Source: a bacterium (GTDB lineage: Bacteria > Patescibacteriota > JABMPQ01 > JBDRIV01). From it: a stretch of DNA of 64,000 bases. The notes under the pieces are model-generated. The model had not been told where the DNA came from. It searched no databases and worked only from the letters and a program-made list of their open reading frames with translations. The stretch spans positions 182,943 to 246,942 of the forward strand of contig JBDRIV010000002.1 in the NCBI GenBank assembly GCA_043815505.1, written 5' to 3'. Positions 41,954 to 50,453 of this stretch are shown in pieces. The position numbers and the translations under genes were made by a program. Position 1 is the stretch's first letter. The number at the start of each line of letters is the position of its first letter.

Positions 41954-43315
41954 ATGGAGTATGTTGAACATATTTTGTTTAGTTTAATGTTAATTGCAAA
42001 TTTTGTAATTGCTTTTTACGTTATTTTAAAATCAAAAAACAGAATTATTGGAGGTTTGTATTTTATAATGTCATCCAGTTTGTCAATTTGGGGTATTAGT
42101 TCATATATTTTAGACCTTTTTCAATCTATACAAACAAGATTATTTTTAGCTAGACTAGATTATGTTTTGGGTGTTATACCAACATTATTCTTTGTAATAT
42201 TTTCAATATATTTCCCAAATAAGTTGAAAAACCTGAAAAGCAAAATATTAGAGATAATTTTATTCTTAATATCTTTTTTTGTATTAATACTATCAATCAC
42301 AGATTTAATTATAAAAAATATTAGTATTGAGAATAATTTCACAATTATTGAAAGAGGGTCGTTTCATATTGTATATACTTTATTTTTATCTTTGTTTATA
42401 TTATTTGGTAGTTTTTTGATGCTATACAAATATAGAAAAAGTGAAAGTATAGAAAAATCACAAATATTTTATTATTCCTTAGGAGGTATTTCAACTGCTA
42501 TATATATTGTAATTTTGGATCAAATTCTCCCTTATTTTTATAAATATCCAACAAAGTGGGGATTGTTAGCAATACCAATATACATTGCAACAGCTGCCTA
42601 TGCCATAATTCGCTATCGTTTCATGGACATTCGAATAATTATCAAGCGTAGTTCTATTTATATAGCTACCGTGGCCTTGGCAATTTTGATTTATATTTTG
42701 ATAGTTTATTTATTGCAAACATATTTTGTGACTAATAGTTTAAATAATAATGCCACAGTTATTTCTGCATTAATTGTAATTATTGGTATTCCCTTCATTC
42801 AAAAAGGCTCAAAGAATTTGGTAGAAAAGGTTTTTACCAAAGAAGAATACGATCCACAAAAGGCCTTAACCGAACTTGAAAGCAAATCAACAGATCGGCA
42901 TTCGGCAGAAGTTATAAAAGAAATAGAAAACATTTTAAAGAAACAATTTAGTCTGGAATTTGTAAAAACAGAATTGGCTGATGTAAATAAAAACTTATTA
43001 CTGGATTATTTAAAACAACAAGGAGAATCTATCATTATAAAAGATGAAATCAAGTTCTTGCATCAAAAAGATCCTCACAGCAAAGATTTATATGAAAAAT
43101 TGGCCATGTGGTTTAAATACAATAAAGCTAAGGTTGGTGTGATTCTAACAAATCAAGAAAATATTATTGGTGTAGTTTTATTAGGTGCAAAAAAACAAAA
43201 TGAAACCTACTCAGTCCAAGACATAGAATTACTAAATCAATTCCAAGTACGAATTTCTATCGTGCTGGCAAATACGCTTCTTTACGAAAGCACAATAGCT
43301 CAACTGAAAAAATAG
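41954..43315 (+). CDS. second kinase-less HisKA_7TM-GAF paralog
   Basis: C-terminal half is close to 40582 (YDPQKAL, WFKYN, NQFQVRISIVLANTLLYESTI); N-terminal TM region is divergent. Confidence 0.85.
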   Translation: MEYVEHILFSLMLIANFVIAFYVILKSKNRIIGGLYFIMSSSLSIWGISSYILDLFQSIQTRLFLARLDYVLGVIPTLFFVIFSIYFPNKLKNLKSKILEIILFLISFFVLILSITDLIIKNISIENNFTIIERGSFHIVYTLFLSLFILFGSFLMLYKYRKSESIEKSQIFYYSLGGISTAIYIVILDQILPYFYKYPTKWGLLAIPIYIATAAYAIIRYRFMDIRIIIKRSSIYIATVALAILIYILIVYLLQTYFVTNSLNNNATVISALIVIIGIPFIQKGSKNLVEKVFTKEEYDPQKALTELESKSTDRHSAEVIKEIENILKKQFSLEFVKTELADVNKNLLLDYLKQQGESIIIKDEIKFLHQKDPHSKDLYEKLAMWFKYNKAKVGVILTNQENIIGVVLLGAKKQNETYSVQDIELLNQFQVRISIVLANTLLYESTIAQLKK

Positions 43316-43326
43316 CCAAAAAGTGT

Positions 43327-43362
43327 TATAATAAAACAAAACATTAACATCAAAACTATGAG
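43327..43362 (+). repeat. 36-bp direct repeat, left copy
   Basis: TATAATAAAACAAAACATTAACATCAAAACTATGAG, identical to 45631-45666. Confidence 0.95.
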
Positions 43363-43369
43363 TATGGTT

Positions 43370-43398
43370 TTGACTATAGAATGTTATTTTGATAAACT
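43370..43398 (+). promoter_or_regulatory. promoter for the peptide/radical SAM operon
   Basis: TTGACT-N17-TAAACT with extended TG. Confidence 0.55.
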
Positions 43399-43553
43399 AC
43401 AAATTACTGGGGTATTTTGCCCCATTTTTGTTTTTTGAAAATGCTCTCTTGATAACTCAATCCTCAGTACACAATGTTAATTTAGATGCTCATTATGAGT
43501 AGCTAGCTTAGGATTTGCAGTTATCAGGTTAAGCAGGAAAGGAGGATAGCGAG

Positions 43554-43694
43554 ATGGAAGAGTTAAAAATGATCCAGGAACAAGAAACGGAGTATCAGGG
43601 AAGTCGGTTTGCCAGCATGGAAGTATTCGACACCGATACATCCTGTTGCGATTGTGACTGCGATTGTGATTGCGGTGACACCGACAACTACTGA
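43554..43694 (+). CDS. 46-aa Cys/Asp-repeat peptide, putative RiPP precursor (MEELKMIQEQETEYQGSRFASMEVFDTDTSCCDCDCDCDCGDTDNY)
   Basis: Manual translation (below the ORF-track cutoff). SD AAAGGAGG 8 nt before the ATG; acidic leader plus CCDCDCDCDC core; 72 bp upstream of the radical SAM gene. Confidence 0.85.
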   Translation: MEELKMIQEQETEYQGSRFASMEVFDTDTSCCDCDCDCDCGDTDNY

Positions 43695-43708
43695 TCCGAT
43701 TGTCCGGC

Positions 43709-43740
43709 GTGGGAGGGGTCAATAAAATGACCCCTCCCAC
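43709..43740 (+). terminator. GC-rich stem-loop between precursor and maturase
   Basis: GTGGGAGGGGTCA-ATAAAA-TGACCCCTCCCAC; no U tract, so it may stabilise the mRNA or allow read-through. Confidence 0.65.
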
Positions 43741-43766
43741 AATCATCTTATGAAAGGAGGTGTGAA

Positions 43767-45050
43767 ATGATACCAGCATTAGCCCAATGGGAAATATCAG
43801 ATAAGTGTCAGTATCGATGTCAACATTGTTACTACACTAGTCCGGAAGAGGTTTCATTATCACCAGGCATTTTGAATGACGAGCAAATGTGGCAAATTGC
43901 CAATATAATCGTATATCACCAACTCTTCTTCGTAACTTTTACAGGAGGAGAACCGCTAGTTATAAGTGCATTACTTGTACAGTTGGCCAAGTATTTGCAT
44001 GAGCACAATGTCTCGTTGTCTTTAAATACCAACTTGGCATTAATGAATGAAAGTCTTTTTGCAGATTTGCATGTTGATCGAATGTTAATTTCCTGTCCAG
44101 CAACAGATCCTTCGGTGTATCGAGAAGTAACTGGAAACGGTAATTATCACCTCTTCGAACAAAAGCTCAAGCTTCTGATTGAAGCTGATGCAAATTTCAC
44201 TGTAAACATGGTTGTTAGCAAATTAAATCACTTACTAATCAGAGAAACAGCTTCTCATTTAGCAAACCTGGGAGTGAAAAGATTTGCTGCAACACCGACA
44301 AGTATCAATCCCACAAATCCAAATTTTTCGTTGTTGCTTGATTTAAATGAGGTCCAACAAGTTATTTTTGATCTCATTTGGGCTTACGAAGAATTGGGAT
44401 TAGAAGTTGATATTATGGAGTCAATTCCGAAATGCGTGATGCCGCTTAGAGCATTCGAGCTCGAGTTGCCGTTTGTATATAGGTCTTGTCATGCCGGTAA
44501 AAGAAACGGCACAATATCTGCCAATGGTGACGTTCGTCCTTGCGGACATAATCCTCGTGTTTTCGGTAATATACTTACAGATAAAGTTGAAACTATTTGG
44601 AATCGAATGCACGATTGGAGAGAAGCCAGTGGTAATTTTCACACAGACTGTCTTGGTTGCGATATTTTCAGCAATTGCGGTGGCGGATGCCGAGTTGATG
44701 CCGCTACGCGGGAAGGAGAAACAGCAGCTAAACACCCTTATATGACTCATAAGCTGACAGCTCCACCTGTAAAGCCGAAAGAGATAACTCTTTTACCAGA
44801 CACGGTAATTCGGCCGTCTAGATCTTTCCACTTTAGATCTGAAGATGGTGGGTGGCTCGTTGCTCCTGGATCGCCGAGAAACATAATTCATGTCAACCAA
44901 GTATTGTATGAATTCTTGGTTTCCAGCAGAGATTTGAATCCGATGCCAGTTGCAGAATTGGCAACTAAGTATAATACCACAGCAAACGATTATAATTTTC
45001 AGCGAGTTTTAAATGAAGTGATCAAGAAAAAGTTCTTTGTTATAATGTAG
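43767..45050 (+). CDS. radical SAM/SPASM peptide maturase with a C-terminal PqqD/RRE-like domain
   Basis: CQYRCQHC, FTGGEP, SPASM-type CHAG...GDVRPC...CLGC...CGGGC; about 85-aa C-terminal beta3-alpha3-like segment; SD AAAGGAGGTG. Confidence 0.9.
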   Translation: MIPALAQWEISDKCQYRCQHCYYTSPEEVSLSPGILNDEQMWQIANIIVYHQLFFVTFTGGEPLVISALLVQLAKYLHEHNVSLSLNTNLALMNESLFADLHVDRMLISCPATDPSVYREVTGNGNYHLFEQKLKLLIEADANFTVNMVVSKLNHLLIRETASHLANLGVKRFAATPTSINPTNPNFSLLLDLNEVQQVIFDLIWAYEELGLEVDIMESIPKCVMPLRAFELELPFVYRSCHAGKRNGTISANGDVRPCGHNPRVFGNILTDKVETIWNRMHDWREASGNFHTDCLGCDIFSNCGGGCRVDAATREGETAAKHPYMTHKLTAPPVKPKEITLLPDTVIRPSRSFHFRSEDGGWLVAPGSPRNIIHVNQVLYEFLVSSRDLNPMPVAELATKYNTTANDYNFQRVLNEVIKKKFFVIM

Positions 45051-45130
45051 TCTTATGGGGAAGTATGTATAATAGCATCTTCCCTGTTTCTTTATGGAGC
45101 TGTATAATAAATATGGAGTAACTTAAAAAC

Positions 45131-45613
45131 ATGAATAAATATTTACAACTTGGAAAGTATTCTAAAGATTGTCCGAAAGAACTTTTAGTTGAAGTTAAAA
45201 AAATTAAAAAAGAAAATAATCAAAAGGATTATATATTGGAGATATTTAAATTGGTTAAGGAAGAATTTAATCCTCAAAAACATGACATTACGACCACGAA
45301 TGATTTTAAAATATCGCGTTTTATATCTGCGAATGAGGTATATAAAAAAAGACAACGGTCATGTGGTTCAATCGCTACAGTTATGGCTTCGTTGTTAAGA
45401 ACTCTTGGATATCCAACAAAGCTTGTTAATGGATTTTATATTAAAAACAATCCCCAAATGCGTCATGCGTGGAATGAAGTGATGATTAATGGAAAATGGG
45501 TAGCAATTGATATAATGAGAAATGATTTTAAATTAGATAAGTATCATGTTAGAAACGATGAGTGGGTAGATTGGAACGATTTGGAAAAAGAAATGCAAAA
45601 AAGTGAGAAATAA
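45131..45613 (+). CDS. transglutaminase-like (Cys-His-Asp) protein
   Basis: RSCGSIA, LLRTLGYPTKLVNG, HAWNEV, WVAID. Confidence 0.88.
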   Translation: MNKYLQLGKYSKDCPKELLVEVKKIKKENNQKDYILEIFKLVKEEFNPQKHDITTTNDFKISRFISANEVYKKRQRSCGSIATVMASLLRTLGYPTKLVNGFYIKNNPQMRHAWNEVMINGKWVAIDIMRNDFKLDKYHVRNDEWVDWNDLEKEMQKSEK

Positions 45614-45630
45614 ATTTTATAAGATTGTGC

Positions 45631-45666
45631 TATAATAAAACAAAACATTAACATCAAAACTATGAG
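45631..45666 (+). repeat. 36-bp direct repeat, right copy (the -10 box through ATG of the NHL gene)
   Basis: Identical to 43327-43362. Confidence 0.95.
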
Positions 45667-48600
45667 GAGAATTTTAAAATCCGTAGCCATCTTCACTTTA
45701 GTAGTGGCTTTTATTTTTGGCATAATGCCTTTTAATACTAAACAAGCAAAGGCGACTTCATTTGGAGATGCTTCAACCTTTGTTGGTAGAATTTATGCTG
45801 GCGATGGCAATACTGGCAATAATGCTTATTTGGACTTTGCTCGCGGTATGGATATTGATGATGACGGCAAAATCTATTATGCCGACACCTATAACAATGT
45901 CATTCGCAAACAAAGTAAAATTTCTGGTGGCACCGTGAGTACTTTGGCTGGCACTGGTGATTATGGTGATATTACAGGAGCAACATCCAAAGCTAAATTT
46001 GCTTATCCTAAAGATGTTGATGTTGATTCAGACGGAACAGTTTATGTAGCCGACACCTACAACAATAAAATCAAAAAAATAAAAAATGGACAGGTAACAA
46101 CGCTCGTATCTTCTGGTTTGAAATATCCTCAAGGTTTACATTTGGTCGGTAGCTATCTGTACATTACCGACACCGGCAACAATCAGATTAAAAGAGTCAA
46201 TAAAAATGGCGGCTCGGTAACAACCCTAGTAACAGGATTAAATGCTCCAGAAAAATTGCGAGTTGATTCTTCCCAAAATTATGCTTACATTGCCAACACC
46301 GGCGCTGGTTCAGTTGTAAAAGCCAGATTATCAAATGGCAGTAAATCTACATTGGCTTCAGGATATCAGACAGTGACTGGTGTTGAACTTTACAACAACA
46401 AGGTTTATTTTTCTGACGAAAAAAACGAAGCAGTGAGAAAAGTGAGCATTAACGGCGGTAGCGTATCTTTATTTGCCAACGATCCCGGTCAAGTTCAGGT
46501 TCACAAACCAACCGATCTAAAAAGACGAGGCAACTACATGTATGTTTTAAACACCGGATCCTCCGACATGCGTCGTTTTAATTTAAGCAACGGCAATTAC
46601 GATACAAAAATTACTGGCGCAAGAGTTTTTCAATATCGGAATGGTTCTAAATCATCAGCCTTACTTGGTCGTCCCACTGATATAATAATGACTTCTGATA
46701 GGAAATATTTGTATGTGGCCGAAAATAATCAAATTAGAAGAATTACCAGAAGCTCAGGATACACAACTCATATTGCTGGTAACACCTCCGATAATTTTCG
46801 TGATGACGTCGGCTTAGCCGCCCGCTTTTCAACCATCGGGAGTATTGTTATTGATTCCAACAATCATTTTATTTATGCCACTGATCGCTGGAACAACCGT
46901 ATCAGAAAAATTAATGTAAATACTGGCCGAGTAACTACTTTGGCTGGCGGCGGTTTAATTAACACTACCGGTTCCCAAAGAAATGGCTACAAAGAAGCCA
47001 CTGGAACGGCTGCTCGTTTTGATAATCCCGTTGGTCTGGCAATTTCTCCTGACGACAAATATTTATATGTGGCCGACACCAACAACAAACGCATCAGGCG
47101 CGTTATCATTGCCACCGGCAAAACCGAATTTATTGCCGGCTCCGGAACTGATGGTTTTGCCGACGGCACAGGCTCTACTGCCAAATTTAACACACCTTAT
47201 GGTTTAACCATTGATAGCAGTGGCAATAATTTATATCTGGCTGACCGCAATAATCATCGTATCAGAAAAATAAATCTAGCTACAAAAGCTGTAACCACAT
47301 TAGCTGGCACTGGAGAAATTGGTGCTCGCGACGGATTGGGTGACACCGCAGTCTTTTCTTATCCTACCTACGTTAAAATGGGCTCGGACGGAAATTTGTA
47401 CGTCAGTGAAGCTGGCTCACATAACATTCGTTTTATAAAAACTTCTACCACCAGCGTTAGATTACTGGCCGGATCTGGAACTAAAGGATTTAAGAACAGT
47501 ACTCGTTTTGCTTCCAAATTCCACAATCCTGCTGGTATGGTTTTAGATGACGCTGGTGATACGCTTTACGTTTGTGATTTTTACAACGATCAAATTCGCT
47601 CGGTAGCAGTTACGGGAGAAACTCCTTTTGCTGAAGCTGCTCCTAATATAAATTCCATTTCACCCAATAATTACGCCGCCCAATCACAATCACTTAAACT
47701 TGGATTGGCAATTACTGGTTCAGGATTTAGAATTGGTGCTAGAGTTTATATTGGTTCTCATGAAACTTCACCAACTTATGTGCAATCCGATTCCAGCATT
47801 GGTGGAGAAATTGACATTAATAACTGGTCGCCTGGTTATTACGATGTGAAAGTTACAAATCGTGATGGTCAAACAACCACCATGTCGCAAGGTTTTGTAA
47901 TTAGAAACGCCGACGGTTCTTATCCACCAAGACCTGTAGATATAATTCCACCTGCCCCCGGCGATTCTTTCATGGCCTACACCGATAATTTACGTGGTGG
48001 TTACTATTTGGGCAGTGGAAATATTTCTGGTTCTAACAAAGCAGAAATTATTACTGGCACCATGCAAGGACTTGGTCCGCAAGTTTTGGTTTACAACAAC
48101 AGCGGATCATTGATGAGCAATTTCTTTGTTTATGCTACCTACTTGCGTTCCGGTGTTCGTTTAGCAACAGGCAATGTGGATGGTAGTGGCACTGATGAAA
48201 TAGTTACTGTGGCCGGCCCAGGTGGTCGACCACACGTTAGAATTTTCAATTCTGATGGTACACCGCGCTATCCCGGTTTCTTTGCACTTGATGGAAAATT
48301 TATGGGCGGTTCTCATGTCGCAGTAGGCGATGTGTTGGGTAGAGGTTATGACCAGATTCTAATTTCGGCTGGTTCTGGTGGCGGTCCGCAAATTACAGTT
48401 CATGATAAATTGGGAAATGTCTTAGGAATCTTTTATGCTTACGAAAGTACTTTCCGCGGTGGCGTGCGTATAGCCACAGCTGATTTTGATGGTGATGGCA
48501 TTGATGAAATTATTACTGGTCCCGAAAATGGTTCTTCTCATGTGCAAATCTTTTCCATGAAGAACGGTATTAAAAGACTAACTCCCGGCTTCATGGCCTT

Positions 48601-48889
48601 TCATCCTAATTTCAACGGTGGCCTTTCGGTAGCTGGTGGAGACATTGACGGCGACGGCCGAGATGAAATAATTGTGGCTCAAGCTAAAGCTGGCCAAGCC
48701 TGGGTAAAAGTTTACAACGGCACCACACAGGAAATTAGAAAAACTTTTATGGCCTACGCTTCCAATTTTGAAGGGGGTGCCAACGTGGCTGCTGCTGACG
48801 TCGATTCTGATGGTAAAGCTGAAGTTATAACTATGCCGGGTTCAAATGGTTCACCGCAAGTCAGAATTATGCATTTAGACCAGTTTTAA
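45662..48889 (+). CDS. secreted NHL-repeat protein with an IPT/TIG-like domain and C-terminal FG-GAP-like repeats
   Basis: Signal peptide; many YVADT.N..IR repeats; PNINSISP...YDVKVTNRDG; GDIDGDGRDEII repeats. Confidence 0.9.
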   Translation: MRRILKSVAIFTLVVAFIFGIMPFNTKQAKATSFGDASTFVGRIYAGDGNTGNNAYLDFARGMDIDDDGKIYYADTYNNVIRKQSKISGGTVSTLAGTGDYGDITGATSKAKFAYPKDVDVDSDGTVYVADTYNNKIKKIKNGQVTTLVSSGLKYPQGLHLVGSYLYITDTGNNQIKRVNKNGGSVTTLVTGLNAPEKLRVDSSQNYAYIANTGAGSVVKARLSNGSKSTLASGYQTVTGVELYNNKVYFSDEKNEAVRKVSINGGSVSLFANDPGQVQVHKPTDLKRRGNYMYVLNTGSSDMRRFNLSNGNYDTKITGARVFQYRNGSKSSALLGRPTDIIMTSDRKYLYVAENNQIRRITRSSGYTTHIAGNTSDNFRDDVGLAARFSTIGSIVIDSNNHFIYATDRWNNRIRKINVNTGRVTTLAGGGLINTTGSQRNGYKEATGTAARFDNPVGLAISPDDKYLYVADTNNKRIRRVIIATGKTEFIAGSGTDGFADGTGSTAKFNTPYGLTIDSSGNNLYLADRNNHRIRKINLATKAVTTLAGTGEIGARDGLGDTAVFSYPTYVKMGSDGNLYVSEAGSHNIRFIKTSTTSVRLLAGSGTKGFKNSTRFASKFHNPAGMVLDDAGDTLYVCDFYNDQIRSVAVTGETPFAEAAPNINSISPNNYAAQSQSLKLGLAITGSGFRIGARVYIGSHETSPTYVQSDSSIGGEIDINNWSPGYYDVKVTNRDGQTTTMSQGFVIRNADGSYPPRPVDIIPPAPGDSFMAYTDNLRGGYYLGSGNISGSNKAEIITGTMQGLGPQVLVYNNSGSLMSNFFVYATYLRSGVRLATGNVDGSGTDEIVTVAGPGGRPHVRIFNSDGTPRYPGFFALDGKFMGGSHVAVGDVLGRGYDQILISAGSGGGPQITVHDKLGNVLGIFYAYESTFRGGVRIATADFDGDGIDEIITGPENGSSHVQIFSMKNGIKRLTPGFMAFHPNFNGGLSVAGGDIDGDGRDEIIVAQAKAGQAWVKVYNGTTQEIRKTFMAYASNFEGGANVAAADVDSDGKAEVITMPGSNGSPQVRIMHLDQF

Positions 48890-48927
48890 ACTTTGTGCTA
48901 GAATAAGGCATTATTAAGAGAAAAAAA

Positions 48928-49380
48928 ATGAGTAAAATTTATGAACAGATAGAAGCTGACATTAAACAAACTATGAAGGACCAAGACTCAGAAAAGCTGG
49001 TTGTTTTGCGAGTCCTAAGTTCCGATCTAAAAAACGCTCTAAAAGAAAAAGGTAAAGAATTGGAAGACAAAGATGTGACGCAAGTTTTGAAAAAAACCTT
49101 GAAGCGCTTAAAAGATACAATCGATTCTGCTACCCAGGCTGGTCGCGATGATTTAATTGCTAAAGCGGAAAAAGAAAAGGAAATTGTAAATGTTTATATG
49201 CCCGAACAGATATCGGATGCAGATTTGGAAAAAATTGTTGATGAAGTTTTAGAATCTATGGATGAAGGCGCCAAAGCAAATTTTGGCAAAGTTATGGGTG
49301 CTATTATGGCCAGAACTAAAGGCGAGGCTGACGGCAACAAAGTAAGTCAGCTGGTAAAAAATAAATTAGAAGAACAGTGA
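48928..49380 (+). CDS. GatB/YqeY domain protein
   Basis: AGRDDL...YMPEQ...FGKVMG...ADGNKVSQLVK. Confidence 0.92.
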   Translation: MSKIYEQIEADIKQTMKDQDSEKLVVLRVLSSDLKNALKEKGKELEDKDVTQVLKKTLKRLKDTIDSATQAGRDDLIAKAEKEKEIVNVYMPEQISDADLEKIVDEVLESMDEGAKANFGKVMGAIMARTKGEADGNKVSQLVKNKLEEQ

Positions 49381-50423
49381 AATATTTAATAATTACTGTA
49401 TTTGTAATTGTTATATTTGGAGTTTCTTATTTTGTTGGTTCAAGAATTGTAAGTTCACTTATGGACAAAGACACAACTGAAACTAGCGTTAATATCCCTG
49501 AGAAAAAATCTATCACCACCACTATCGTCTGCGGTGGTGATGTTATGTTATCACGCACGGTTGGTGCCAAAATTGTGGCCGCCGGTGATAATGTTTTACC
49601 TTTTAAAAATATTGCTGAAGAATTTTCTGCAGTAGATATTTCTTTTGTAAATTTAGAAGCTCCTTTTTACGATCAAGGACCGAGCGTTACCGAAGGCATT
49701 GTTTTTAAATCTGAACCAGAAACAATTGCTGGCTTGAAATTCGCGGGCATTGATATTGTTTCGTTGGCCAACAATCACTTTGGTAATCAAGGACAAGCGG
49801 GAATGAAATACACTTATAATTATTTAGATGAAAATAATATTGCTTATACTGGTGCGGGCAATAATTACACCGAAGCACACACAGTTAAAGTTTTAGAAAA
49901 AAATGGTATTAAGTTTGGTTTTCTAGCCTACAATGGTATTGCTCCTAGATCTTATGAAGCCACCGCCGATTCAGCTGGCCTAGCTTGGTCTCATCCTGAT
50001 GAAATTGCAGCCGACGTTGAAAAAAGTCGTCCTAATGTGGATGTTCTACTTGTTTCTATTCATGCCGGCACCGAATACACTCATACTCCAAACGAAAATC
50101 AAATTGTGGTAGCTAGACGTGCCATTGATGCCGGTGCTGACATTATAGTTGGTCACCATCCGCACGTAGTGCAAACAATTGAAAAATATAAAGAGGGATT
50201 AATAATTTATTCTCTAGGCAATTTGGTTTTTGATCAAATGTGGTCTCAAGCGACGCGCGAGGGAGCATATGTAACTCTAAATTTTGAAAACAAGAAATTG
50301 AAAGATTTGAAAATTACACCAGTTGTAATTGAAAATTATAATCAACCTCGTAAGGCAAATAATGAAGAAGCTAACAAAATTTTGGCTGATATGCAATTAG
50401 ATTCAGCTGAACTTGAAATTTAA
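49377..50423 (+). CDS. CapA family (metallophosphoesterase-fold) protein
   Basis: GDVML, NLE, LANNH, IHAGTEY, GHHPHV, YSLGN. Confidence 0.92.
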   Translation: MKYLIITVFVIVIFGVSYFVGSRIVSSLMDKDTTETSVNIPEKKSITTTIVCGGDVMLSRTVGAKIVAAGDNVLPFKNIAEEFSAVDISFVNLEAPFYDQGPSVTEGIVFKSEPETIAGLKFAGIDIVSLANNHFGNQGQAGMKYTYNYLDENNIAYTGAGNNYTEAHTVKVLEKNGIKFGFLAYNGIAPRSYEATADSAGLAWSHPDEIAADVEKSRPNVDVLLVSIHAGTEYTHTPNENQIVVARRAIDAGADIIVGHHPHVVQTIEKYKEGLIIYSLGNLVFDQMWSQATREGAYVTLNFENKKLKDLKITPVVIENYNQPRKANNEEANKILADMQLDSAELEI

Positions 50424-50453
50424 AGAGATTTTTAGTATGCTAATTAAGCAATT

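Noticed and set aside
43358-43503. Short ORF starting at the duplicated ATG
   Set aside because: A by-product of the 36-bp repeat; it overlaps the promoter and leader and has no recognisable features.
43477-43779. 100-aa minus-strand ORF with HRNHNRSHNRNR repeats
   Set aside because: Reverse-complement shadow of the Cys-Asp peptide, which has the SD and operon context.
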